The position numbers were made by a program, and so were the translations under genes. The notes beneath the pieces were generated by a model. The model worked only from the letters and a program-made list of their open reading frames with translations, had not been told where the DNA came from and made no database searches. 64,000 bases of DNA from Octopus vulgaris (lineage: Eukaryota). The stretch covers positions 203,794,001 through 203,858,000 of the forward strand of contig OX597815.1 of NCBI GenBank assembly GCA_951406725.2, written 5' to 3'. Each line of letters begins with the position of its first letter. The stretch's first letter is position 1. Of this stretch, positions 13,707 through 26,182 are shown piece after piece.

Positions 13707-14050
13707 TAGAGGAGAGCATTGCATGCTATCAAAGTGACACTGGTTTTCAAATATACAAAGCCCAATATTTACATCATGACTAACCACCTCTGATAAGGGT
13801 ACACCAGGCACATGCATCACAACCATGCGTTGCGACATGATGATCTAATATCAAGATCAACAGCGCATGGCCTTGCAGGCAAAGCCCAGTTAGAATTTTC
13901 TTCCAGTCGAGTAGCCCATCCCGCTCAAAAGGTCCCTGAATAAGATTTGTTTAAATATGATGAACGAAATACCAATGTTTCCAGAAGTGAATTATTCAAA
14001 CTACAAAAATTCCTATTAACGTATGGCTATGATGCTTTCCCTTTCCACTA
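13707..14050 (-). mobile_element. 5'-truncated copy of the non-coding (TAA)n-targeted element
   Basis: Homologous to 49347-49690. Confidence 0.8.
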
Positions 14051-14964
14051 CTCTTTTCAGGTCGACAATGCATTTAGCTCCCAATATTCTCCAGAGTCTC
14101 ACTTGTACCGAGTGCATCGACTGCCACAGGAACAATTCTCTTTCATACTGTCTTAATCTCAGTGACTAGGTCCTGAAAAATTTCAAATCTTTTGTTTGTT
14201 ATCCACTCTATTTTCATATGGTATTGCAATGCATATGAACTTAAATTATTTGCTTGTATTTGTCCTCTACACTCAGGACAAATACATAAAATCACATAAA
14301 ATTTCATAGCTTTTGGGGCTATGGTTACGGTGCTAGTCAAAAGGAACAATATTGTTCGCATGACTCAACCTTTATGAAACTGGTGTGATTACAGAAGGCA
14401 GCTTATGTTCATCTTGAAAAGCCACAGCACGATCAGTGTAGAAAAGATCACGGTAGGAAAGGGAATTGCAGTAGATCGATGAAAGATTCAGTATGGTCGG
14501 CAGAGCGGAATGTGAGAGAGGAGACGTTGACTAATCTTAACTGCAAGGGATTAAGAACTGTGCAAATGATTCTTTTATGAAAAGCTATAGTTTATTGAGT
14601 TGACAATAACATTATTTCATTGTTGTCTTGGAAAGGAAGAGGGAAAAAACATCAGTCACGGTATCATTTGAACTCGGAACATTGGGATCATTATTACAGC
14701 CATGTACACTAGCCGATTCTTTCTGCCTGAAGAACAATACTTTCAATTCAAGAAACTCGATTCAATTTATACTATAACACTACAACAAATTTTATTCACC
14801 AGGCCCTAGATGATTGTAGGATAGATTTGTGTATACAATTAACAAGGGAGAAAAGAAAATCCATCCCAGAAAGACGAAAGGCAATGACACTGAAATCTGA
14901 ATTGTTAAAAGAGAGATGAAAGTCTAAATGCAATTTTGAGGGAAATAGACAACAGTAATTTGAT

Positions 14965-15100
14965 TGGCATTTTACCTTATTGAACCTAGATGGAGGAAAG
15001 TGCAAGTTGACCTCGGTGGCATTTGAACTCAGATCGTAGCCGGAATGAAAGCAGCAAAGCATTTTCTCGACGGTCTAAAGTTTCTATCAGTTTGCCGCCT
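14965..15100 (-). mobile_element. Degenerate SINE family 1
   Basis: AAGTTGACCTCGGTGGCATTTGAACTCAGA matches the reverse complement of the family 1 B-box region. Confidence 0.6.
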
Positions 15101-15590
15101 TTGGGAAACTAAATAACTCTACTGCTGGAATAATACTGGTTTCTGAGATTGGTGCAAGACCTCAAATATTGAAGAACGAATGGAATAATATCACCTCTTA
15201 TAACTGACTGGTTTTCATTTTAGATACTGCAAAAGCATGAGTGAGAAAGTCGAGTGCAATAGGTTTCGAATTCACTAAGTAGAAGAATGTAATTAAATTC
15301 GTATTTTGCTCAAAACATTAGCAATGCTATCAATCCATCGCTTTCATTACTTAAATAATAATGATTCATTACATGAACGAAAGCAGTATAATCGAGTGAG
15401 GCTAGCATAATGTATTAAGGTGTCATTTTTGAAAATCTAGAATGATTAAAATATGTACAATGCAGGATTTGAACTTCGCAAACCATTGAGGGTAATAATG
15501 CATTTTGATCAAATCTTTAAAATATACCAACAATACTACAGTCACGGCCAGTAATATGCATTGCACGACTTGCAAACAGTATAGTGTAAG

Positions 15591-15649
15591 TTCATCCCTT
15601 GTCAGAACCTAAAATACGATAGGTATTGTAGGTTCTAACAAGGGATGAA
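15591..15649. repeat. 59-bp hairpin (27-bp arms, 2 mismatches, 5-nt loop)
   Basis: TTCATCCCTTGTCAGAACCTAAAATAC-gatag-GTATTGTAGGTTCTAACAAGGGATGAA. Confidence 0.9.
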
Positions 15650-16301
15650 TATTTCGTATACTTGTTATATAGTTCGGAATACTTATAATGTACTTCAATG
15701 CCATGAACATCGAAACTTCCTCCATGATATAAAACTTCACCTATGATATAAAATGTAAGGACGTTTGTACTTAAAAGAAAGGAAAATATTGTTATTTATT
15801 TAGTTATTTAGATTCTTTTCTGTGCAAGTATTTTTACCGTCTTTAATATCCGGTTTGAATTTGAAATTTAATTCCGGATTTACCCTTCTCATTTGGACAG
15901 CTTTATGTGGGTTGGTGCGTTTGAATAACATCACGGACCAATGGGTAAAGCCCGTTCGTGAATGGGCTTATCGATTTACTCTTTCAACAATGATATATTG
16001 GTGAAAACTTATAACAAGACTTAAATAAACTTTGTTTTTCGTTTCATTAACACCACGAATCATATTGCTTTCATATGAAAGACAATAAAGTAATCTCTAT
16101 TGTGTAACTGCGTGTGTATTGATGTGAATAAGCGGAGTTGGCGTGCTTGCAAGTCCTTGTATTGATGTGTATTTGTGTATATGCACTTCTAATTGATAAA
16201 CTGTTTGTTAATCGATCTCACAAGCAACTAATAAAAAGACGAATGAAAAAGCAGCAATTTAAAGAAGCAACAAGAACAATAACACAAACAATAAAACAAC
16301 G

Positions 16302-16302
<1 letters not shown>

Positions 16303-16337
<35 letters not shown>

Positions 16338-16402
16338 ACCACTACTACTATTACTACCTATAATACTGATGATGATGATGACGACGATGATGGTGATGAT
16401 GG

Positions 16403-16435
<33 letters not shown>

Positions 16436-16445
16436 CGACGACGAC

Positions 16446-16489
<44 letters not shown>

Positions 16490-16510
16490 CGACGACGAGG
16501 ACGATGATGG

Positions 16511-16556
<46 letters not shown>

Positions 16557-16557
16557 A
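16303..16557. repeat. Compound trinucleotide microsatellite (CTG/CTA/GAT/GAC)
   Basis: Directly visible. Confidence 0.95.
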
Positions 16558-17149
16558 CTAGCAACAGCAGCAACTTTTCATTTTGGGGGAGGAGCTTGTA
16601 GATCACCAGCCTGCATAAATATTTCCAAAACAACCCCTATTTTGAAACAATTATATAATTCTCTAATTAAAAAAAAAAGTCTACGGAAAATACTTTGCTT
16701 AACAACAACACTAGGTAGGATGAAGTTGAAGCGGGCGGTATTAAGAGACCATAACTAAGGTGGGGGAATATCTTGTGTATTGTAATTCGTCAGGGCTGTG
16801 CCGCTGAGTCATAACTCATTTCTCATAGAAAAAACAGTAAAATATGTTTGAATAGAGTAAATTGCGTGTTTTGTTTAGGTAAAAAATAGATAAATAAATA
16901 ACTCAGAGACGCCATCTACAAGTAGAAAAAGTAGTTAACTTAACCGTAGCATCTTTAATGCAGATGCTATTAATCCCATACTTGCCATATCATCATCTAA
17001 AATAATATTAGTCATTGAATTATGCACTTTTTCTCATCAAATTATGACATTAAATTAGCTTTTTAATGCTTCCTAAATTAAATGATATAACACTAACTTA
17101 ACTATTGTTTATCAATCTTTCGTCTTTGAGTGTAATAGAAGATAAGATA

Positions 17150-17287
17150 GCGGTTCGGCAAAAAGAGACCGATAGAATAAGTACTGGGCTTACAAAGAAT
17201 AAGTCCCGGGGTCGATTTGCTCGACTAAAGGCGGTGCTCCAGCATGGCCGCAGTCAACTGACTGAAACAAGTAAAAGAGCAAAGAGT
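17150..17287 (+). mobile_element. SINE family 3, 3' fragment
   Basis: Matches the 3' half of 37363-37770 and 39884-40302. Confidence 0.85.
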
Positions 17288-17454
17288 ATATAGTAATATC
17301 AATTAGGTAGTTTGGCAGTTCAAATACCATTCTAATTTCAATAAAACATTAGAATCGATAACGTAGATTATCGTTTTTATTGAGATGAAGAGATTATCGT
17401 ACTTACTGAGATGATGAGATGATTGACATAGTGTGGAATGTAGAACGTTACTGG

Positions 17455-18256
17455 TGTAGCAAGTCATAAAAGGGGGCAATATGACGTAATGGTCGTTTGC
17501 CCGAACAAGCATAATTCGTGGTAAACCCATTGGTTTAAATTACTGCCCATATCTGAATTCTGAATTTCCGTCAAAGAGAATTCTTACACGATGTACGGTT
17601 CTCAGAATTCAAATATGGGCAGTAATTTTAACCAATGGGATTACCAACAATTATGCCACTTTTTATAGCCGCGTTTTGTTACTTTTTGTGTAACACTATT
17701 TTTATATGTTTCCTTTGGAAATAGATAATGAATATATTTTTCGTGTTCTCTTAACCGCTATAAAAAATATAGTTTCATAATTGCAGAAATAAATTTCATC
17801 AACAAGTTGAAGAACGCGAAGAAAGAGAAAATGATTACTACATTATTTTATTTATGTATATTTAGCATTTATAGTGCAATTGGAAAGTAAAGTCATTTTG
17901 TCACAGAGAATTACGATTTAAAATTCACACTAGCTAATCTTTCATACTAACTACAAGAGTTTACAATTCAAATTCTTGTTGGATTTTTATCATAGACAAG
18001 GCATAAAAAAAATAGCCAATATCTCAATGAGTGAGTGTCGTGGAGTTTAGTAACGTCCAACGATCTCTGATTAATTTCCCCCAAATCAGGGTTTTTATAA
18101 TTGCTCATACCTGAATGTTAAGAAGCATATTTCTCTTTGACGAAAATTTAGCATTCAAATATGGGCAGTAATTTTAACCAATGGGATTACCAACAATTAT
18201 GCTTACTCGGGCAAACGACCATTACGTCATATTGCCGCCTTTTATGACTTGCTACA
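17455..18256. repeat. ~800-bp unit bounded by ~125-bp inverted repeats (MITE/fold-back-like)
   Basis: 17455-17580 is the reverse complement of 18131-18256; a third partial arm lies at 17602-17656. Confidence 0.85.
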
Positions 18257-18994
18257 TAAGCCCTTCGCCAGAAAAATTGTCCCCCCAAAAATCATAATAC
18301 ATATATACTTCAATACAATGTTTGAATTAATACTTTTAGCAAGTAAAATATACAAATTTACAATGTTAAATGAAAATAACCGCTCATCACGGTTTAACAA
18401 TAACAGAGTTCTTGTAAAGTTTATCAAATTGTTCAATCTAATTTCCCTGGAAAAAATTAGAAATCTTTTTATAAACAAAAATTCCAGGAATACAAAAGTT
18501 CATGAGGAATATATCAAACCGAGAAAGTCTTTTGGGAAAATGTACAATTCTATCACCCCTAGTTTACTTTTCGCTGATAGGTGATTTTAAAATTGACTCG
18601 TGAATCTGTTCCATAAATCATACTGGAATTGAATCATTAGCTCGTGGATCATAAGTTCAAATCATCTACAGGTAATTTGTAGTATTTACTATCGGAACTG
18701 TTACATCTGCATTGTTTGAATTCATTAAAAAATATAGAAGTGGACACCTGGCTATTCAGGAATAGGTAACGGCGATAGAGGTACAACTTATCCAGGAATA
18801 ACCGCGCGGTTAAAAAGCTCACCCTGTAACACTATTTTTGTGGATTTGATTAAAGTGTGTAGCATCATCGCAAAGTGTTTCCACCACAGATTCGGATAGA
18901 TCGAGGGTAAGAGAGTGAAATTTGATAGACGAAAACTACAGTTATTTCATATATATGCTATAGATGTATGTTTTGCAAGTAAGTTCCCTTCTGC

Positions 18995-19346
18995 TTATTA
19001 CCCCCGCCTTCACTAAGGCGGAGGTATTGTTTTCAGTCGTGTTTGTTTGTTCGTTGTTTGTCCGTGGGCAAGATATCCCAAGAACCGCTGGATGGATTCG
19101 GATGAAACTTTCAGGGATGTTTGGCCTTTTGACTGGCACGAATTGATCCGATACTGGACAAGGATTCTGAATTATTTTTCCTGTTTTCCTTTACTTAATT
19201 TTTGAGATCGGTCGGGTTTATTTTTAGTATTCTCGGTTTTGAGAGCAGTCGTGTTTATTTCAGATATTCTCACTTTAAAGATAATCTCTGGCTAATCGTT
19301 GACTGGACGTTGGTTTGCGGAGGTTTGCGCTCTCTGAGTGCTCTTG
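18995..19346 (+). mobile_element. Helentron-associated non-autonomous element (HINE/DINE-1-like)
   Basis: 5' subTIR ACCCCCGCC followed by its inverted copy GGCGGAGGT, a GTTT microsatellite, 3' GCGGAGGT subTIR and terminal stem-loop GCGCTC-tct-GAGTGC; T-rich flanks. Confidence 0.8.
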
Positions 19347-20713
19347 TTTTATTCAATTAATTAGATTTTTCTAACTAGAAAGGAGCTTGTTTCTGACATT
19401 GAAACAAAGACCCATTTAATATTCAACTTGTAAAGCGATGAATAATCTGGATCATATTTCTAGATTCCTTTCGTAGTACCCAAATTTTCAGATCCACAGC
19501 TATTGAGTCTCAATAAGATTTTATATTAGTAACTAAACTGAGAAACTAAAAATACTGTGAAGTGCATCGAAACTTTGACAGTTATCATAACGAAAACACG
19601 ATAAACCAAAATGATAGAAACTCAGTGTGGAATATCCTTCCGCAAAACAGTCCAATCATGAGTCAGTTTGTTGTCTCTCCATTATACGATCTTTCTTGTC
19701 GTTTGGATGATTCGAGAAATAATACAACACAAAATTGAATTGAAAATGGAAAATTTTAGTGACACGAAATAATAAAAGTTTAGACTGAATTTAGACTAAA
19801 TTGAGTTACATTAATAAGTCTAATTATTTCGAGGCTAAAATGGTCAAGCATTTCTTCTTGTTCCCCATTCCAACGACCAGAACGACTTTAGTCAGAGTAT
19901 AAGAAAGTTTTTGGTTATACCATTGAATCATATAATTTTACTTCTGGCAAAGCAAAACAGTTCGATGTCATAATGTTGTATTCTTGTCTATGTTGAGTAT
20001 TCATTAACTTATAACTCTCAAAACTATTTTACTCGTTGTCATGCTGGCAGTTCTTTAAATGTAGTTGAACTTCGCCTATAAATGGTGACTGGAGCATGAG
20101 TCTGTTCTTCTTATTTGCATGTGAATTCTAGAAGTAACGCAGAATACTCATTTACCATATGATCAAATTCGACGAAGATCATTTTGCCAGCACACCGTTT
20201 CCAAAATGACCAAGATACGGAGTTTACACTGGTATGTCCATACCAATCGAGTGAATCGTCAATGTTACCGTACAAACAATTGATTACAAGTGAAGACTGA
20301 AAAAGACCTAACTGAAAATTATCCACAACAATTTGAAAAGCTTACAGACAGCCATTAACGAGTTGTATATTTATGCATAGTGTACTTACAATATACAGAT
20401 GAATACATGGTCAAGTAATCAACGACTCAAATGTAAGTTCCAACACCCTCTGCACTATGAGTTCAACTACGATCAAGGTCAAATGTTGTCTGTTGTACTC
20501 TCGGAGCCAATAAATAAAGCTCCCTCCCCCGAAAGAAGCGCTTGTGATCAGACCTAGCGTGGCCTTGACTCTGCTACGTTTAAAAGTACTCACGGCATAC
20601 TGTACGTCAGATCAGTGACCAAATGAATCTATGTTATATACATAATATAACGTATTATTTACAACATGTTGTATATAATGTATTATTGGTAATGAATTAT
20701 ATATAATATACCA

Positions 20714-20930
20714 AGGTGCTGAGCTGGTAGAATCGTTAGCACACCGAGAAAAATGCTTAGCGGTATTTGGTCCATCTTTACCTTATCAGTTCAAATTCTG
20801 CCGAGGTCGAATTTGCTTTTCATCTCCCAGAGAGCGGGAGAGTAAGTACCAGCTGAGCATTGGGTCAATGCAATCGAGCCCCCAGTCCTCAACATTTCAG
20901 GCCTTTTGCTTATAGTAGAATGGATTATTG
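20714..20930 (+). mobile_element. SINE family 1 (diverged)
   Basis: Homologous to 5371-5580. Confidence 0.75.
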
Positions 20931-21049
20931 ATAATGCAGAAGAAAGATAAAACTCTACAAAAAGGAAGGAATTTGAGAGGCTTAGCTCAGCTTATTACAG
21001 CCCATCAAAGGTGATGACAGCATCGATCCAAGTTATTCATGTTCCCCCG

Positions 21050-21525
21050 CATCCATCAAATTGTTTCTCATTGGAGCGGAGTTGCTGACAAGAACGATAT
21101 GAGATAGGCAGCTTCTGTGGTACTGAGGGCACTGAGCGCAACCCTGAACAACAGCTACAGGGGATTGATTACGAAAACTCCTCCTCCCTTCATGCAGTCG
21201 ATTTCAAAGCGTTCTAGACCAGCATCACACATGCCTCCCGATTAACAGCCATAAGATCCAACTGCTTGGGACAGACTCCGCATAAATTAAGAGACCGTTA
21301 GAGATGATCATGAAAACAAAGTTTTGGACGTTCATGAGGCCTACTTCAAGTCTCAGTCTCGCTGAAGAGGACTATCTTTGGAAATCGGTTACTCGGCATC
21401 CGAATCACATGACCAACCTAGCGGAGAAGACAAAGGATGCAGTCCTCAACGCTGTATACTCCAGTCCTGAGAAGGATTTCGATATGAGGCACTTGTCCTT
21501 CCGCGTGAGGCCGACGATACTTTAG
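21050..21525 (-). mobile_element. RTE-clade LINE 3' relic
   Basis: Minus strand reads VGHVIRMPSNRFPKIVLFSE...RPHERPKLCFHDHL, the RTE C-terminal GHV.RM...R.PK..L motif. Confidence 0.8.
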
Positions 21526-23096
21526 AGTAATTTGTTATGGCACTTGTGTGAACTGGTGCTGATGCACAGAAAATAAAAGGATGTGAATATGTCAGTACGA
21601 GGAAGAGAAGACAATGAATGTAGGTCAAAGGAATATGAATAACAGAAAGAAGTCAATGAGACACGTGACACAAATGGAGCAAAAGCAAAGCTTGAAACAT
21701 AACATTTTGAAAAGTGCAGAAAACACCTTGCCATTTTTGATGGGTACTAAAAATTTTTAGGTCCTTTTGTTGGTTAAATTGTATAGATGGCTAGCAGGTG
21801 ATCTTGACAAAAGATGCTTCTAGTACACATTGCACAGCTTTCCTATATTGTGAAATACAATAAAAATATATTGGTGTGGAAACCTGAGTAGCCGGTAGTG
21901 TGAAAATATGCAAGAGAAACCAGAATTATGTTTGATTAGGCCAGAGTATAATTTTAAATTGCTTGGAATGGTCAGTGGATTTGGGAATATATGTGTGCAA
22001 GTCAGTTGTGTGCATCCTATGTGAGCGAGTTACTCACATATGTGCGTTTACACCTGTGGGTCGGTATAGTGAGCTAATTTGCATATTCGTGTGGATTTAA
22101 ATATCGATTCCCAGCTGTAGTGCATATCATATCTATTTGGATACAGCCTAATTCCTTAACCATTTTATTTTATTGGAAGTAAATGATTTTATTCAGTAAG
22201 TTTCCAAACTGTATTTGTAAACATTATATTTATATTTTATGGATTGTATGCACAATATTCATAAAGTTATTAAAACATTTAAACGATGTGGAAATGCTTA
22301 AAACGTTCACCACAATCATTGATATAAATAAACGATATTTATATTTTAAAACTGAATGTGTGTGCTTCCTGCTGCATAGCTATCCACAGCTACTCTAATC
22401 CTTGCGGTTTGTGTCACAATGGAATATTTTCTCTCAGCTAGCTTAATGCTTAAATTATAAAGGAGTCGCAGAGCTATTTGACGATATTCAGAATCATTCA
22501 TCTCACTGCTTAGACAATTTACGGTTTAGATGCAGCTACACATCTCTATTAATAGATGAGATTTCACCTTCATTCTGAAAGTACACCAATGTATATAAAA
22601 CATGTTACTGCATACATTTAAATACCGAAAATGCAACAAAAAAAGAGGAGAAAAAGAGATAAAAAGAAAAAAGAAGAAAAACACTACTTTTGCAGCCATA
22701 AAATCTCTCGTAAGTGATTGTATTGTAAAGATAAAAACAAAGAAACCAAAATATTGTATGAGTTTCAGAAATCTTAAATAAGGTTAGAAAAAAAAAAACT
22801 TAAACCACGTATGTATAGTTCATTCGATGTAAGTGGTTATGCTGTGTGGATATACTTATATCATTCCGAAACGCTCTCTTTTCTTGCCCTCTCTCCCTCT
22901 CAAGCACACAAACTCTCACATTTGAGTGTATGTGTATAAAGAAAGAGAGGGAGAGAGAGAGACAGCGAAAGAGAGAGAAAGAAAAGGAGAGAGAGAGAAA
23001 GAAGAGACACAGACAGATGTACAAAAAATAGTTGTTATATTGAGTGAAACGTACTGCTTATATCTGCATCAGTATTATATATACTTATACGTACAT

Positions 23097-23134
<38 letters not shown>

Positions 23135-23214
23135 ACACATATATATGCATGTATGTGTGTATGTATATATATATATGCATGTATATACATATATATACAT
23201 GTGTATGTATACAT

Positions 23215-23462
23215 AAATCACAATAAAGGTGAAAAAATTGAATATTAATTAATAACATCAATTTAAAACACCAAGTGGCCTAGCGTAAAAAAGAACTGTG
23301 ATACAGTAAAAATTATTAATACAAGTAATAAGAGAGAGACCACATGTGGTCAATCTAACGCTAGAAATATATCCGCAAAGGGAATCCGGTGGATTCCCTT
23401 TGCGGATCTATTTCTTGCGTTAGATTGACCACATGTGGTCTCTCTCTTATTACTTGTATTAA
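23215..23462 (-). mobile_element. Fold-back short element in a TA-rich microsatellite (Penelope-like inverted pLTR)
   Basis: Palindrome 23316-23462 (72-bp arms, 2 mismatches, loop GGT) plus a ~100-bp one-sided tail. Confidence 0.65.
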
Positions 23463-24650
23463 CGTGTATATATACATATATATGTGCATGTAGGTATGTA
23501 TGTATGCATGTATGTATGCATACATATATGCATGCATACATACATGCATACATACATACCTACATGCACATATATATGCATATATAGAGAGAGATACATG
23601 ATACAAATTGAACATCCAAAGTATACTTTCATGTTTATACTCAATGTTATTGCCAGGACTATTCCAATCTGTCTGAAACAATGTGTAAACTTGGATTCTT
23701 TGAAAAAGATCGTAACACCATAATTCAGACAAGCAGGACCCACGGGATTTCTACCGTGTATATTTGTATATCTACTGTCTTTTCTGGCGATGTATGTTTC
23801 CTCTCATAATACCGATAAGCCTCTATACGCAATAACAAAAACGGGAAAAGAAAAAAGTGAATAACGGCGCTGCCCAGTATGCAAAAGATTAAAGTGTAAC
23901 ATCCACAACTATTTCCTAAGGTTATTTCAGTTCAATTTAACTATCTATCGGTATATCTTTTAAAGCATAAATTTATAGATCTGCATGATATTCTTTCAAT
24001 ATGTTAAAACTTTTGACTGTGCCTATGATGTAAACACACAGATACAGAGTAGTATAGACCCTCTCTCTCTCTCTTATGCTTTCCTTTCTATCATTTTTTT
24101 TTACTGATTCCACTATTTTTGTCCCTCTTTTTGTCTCCCGTTCCCCCCTTCTCTCTCTATATATATATTTCCCTCATTCGGTTATTACCTCTTCTGAGAT
24201 GACACACGGAAATAAACTGACAGAACGCAGGAACAACGAGTATAATATTATAGTGATACAGATGATCATGACATCTGGAACACCAAAAGTCTGTAAGAAA
24301 TTCTTATAGTTTAAAGGATCAAGTTGTGCCGACGAAGAGAACGCAACTACGAATTTAAATCTACTTTGTTTATAACTTTACATTGATTATGACAATACTT
24401 TAAAATTCCAGTGAAAAAAAAAGCCAATTAAATAGATACAAAGGGGCATTAATTCAGCCATTCATTCATTAATACACACACATATGCACATACATAAATA
24501 CATACATATATACATACATACATACATACAAACAAACATACATAAATACATACATAAATACATACATACATACATACATACATACATACATACATACATA
24601 CATACATACATACATACATACATACATACATACATACATACATACATACA

Positions 24651-24681
<31 letters not shown>

Positions 24682-25259
24682 CTCCATGCCTATATTTCAA
24701 CTTGAGAAATATCAGTGGAACGTTCCCCTTAAATCCTTCACCGAATGTAAAACACAGCAGGTGCAATCTAATTGTTACGAATAGAAAAGAAAATTATGAA
24801 TACTGATAGAATACAGCTGACCTGAATATGTGATAACTTTCTTTCAAAATATATGTAAAAAAAGAATACATGGACAGCTCCTTCGAGACATATAACGTTT
24901 AACATTCAACAGCAAGTAAAATACAATTGTCAGAGTCGGAGAAGAAGAATTATGAACTCATACAGATAGATCTCAGCTGACCTGCAGATGTAAACATTTC
25001 TTTCACAATCTATGTGAAAGACGACCCCTTCGAGACATATAGAAGATAACCAACAAATAATACGACCAACTTTGCCAATTTTGCAATTTCCTTCTGTAAA
25101 CAGAACTGTAAAGATATGCAACATTTAAGTCTTTGCTGTTGTTATTATCTAAAATCTGTGACTAAAGTGTCGTTTGAGTGATATAAAAGATTCTTTTTCT
25201 TCATTGGAAGAATTTAAATAAATATAAATATAAAAGAAGCCATGCATAAGCAAATGAAG

Positions 25260-25485
25260 GCGTGTTACCTTGGAGTACTCACGATCACAAGGTCGTGGTT
25301 TCGATCCGCGAGCCAAGTTGTGCGTTGTGCCTTTCACCAAAACACTTCGTTTCACTTTGTTCCATTCCACTTAACTGTAAACAAGTAACTCTATAACAGA
25401 CAAGAATTCGATTGTGAGTGACTGTTGTGACTTATACTCCTTAGAAACCAGAAAATCTACATTATAGTCTCAAGATTCGAGACAG
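25260..25485 (+). mobile_element. Old tRNA-derived SINE
   Basis: CACGATCACAAGGTCGTGGTTTCGATCC B-box region followed by a SINE-like body. Confidence 0.55.
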
Positions 25486-25936
25486 TAGTTATTTTTTCTA
25501 TAAATAAACAATTAAATTTAAGCATATATCAGAAGAATCGATACGATACTGATTTCGAATTTGTTACATCCGTCTCGAGTCACATTCAGGAATTTCATTC
25601 CAGCTTGACCTAAAACACATGCCCTAGTTGAAATGGCCTTCGGTAATGGGTATTAAGCATTTTTGATACATTATAAATGCATTTGGTCTAGTGGGAATAT
25701 TTGTATTTCTTCTTATCAAAGCCACGAATTAAGTCAAGTTGGAATGAAATTACTGAATGTGAATCGAGACGGATGTAGCAAATTCGAAATCAGTATTGTA
25801 TCAACTCTTCTGATATACGCTTAAACTTATCTGTTTATTTATGGAAAATAATTACTGTTTCGAATCTTGGGACTCATAATGCTGATTTCCTGGCTTCCGA
25901 GAAGTATAAGTAACAACAATCACTCTCAACCGAACT
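25405..25936. repeat. Diverged inverted duplication (~208-bp arms, 115-bp spacer)
   Basis: 25405-25613 aligns with the reverse complement of 25729-25936 at roughly 85% identity by eye. Confidence 0.92.
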
Positions 25937-26182
25937 ATAGGGCGTTCCGAGGAAATTACACCTATACTCACACATGCATAACCTACATACATACAAGTTA
26001 TTATGTATGTAGTATATGTAAAAATTCATCCGCAATAAGATATTTACTCTCTAAATGAATTGAGACCAATTTTCTGAGAGGTAAGTATATCGCTCATACA
26101 CACACACGCGCACGCACACACATGTATGCATATAGATGTGTGTTAATGTATGTGCATGTGTTTGTGGATGTAACGATATATA

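Larger units (their letters stand above)
19850..24290 (-). pseudogene. Candidate decayed secreted PAN/Apple-like protein gene (putative exons 24189-24290, ~23598-23822, ~19850-20296)
   Basis: 24189-24290 has ttcttacAG and GAG|GTaata splice sites and encodes signal-peptide-like MIICITIILYSLFLRSVSLFPCVISEE. Downstream segments with pyrimidine-rich acceptors give KSRGSCLSELWC and KNCQHDNE*NSFE..YNIMTSNCFAL with frameshifts and stops. Confidence 0.3.

Noticed and set aside
16138-16758. 206-aa ORF with poly-L and poly-M
   Set aside because: Open only because of CTG/GAT repeats; no domain signal.
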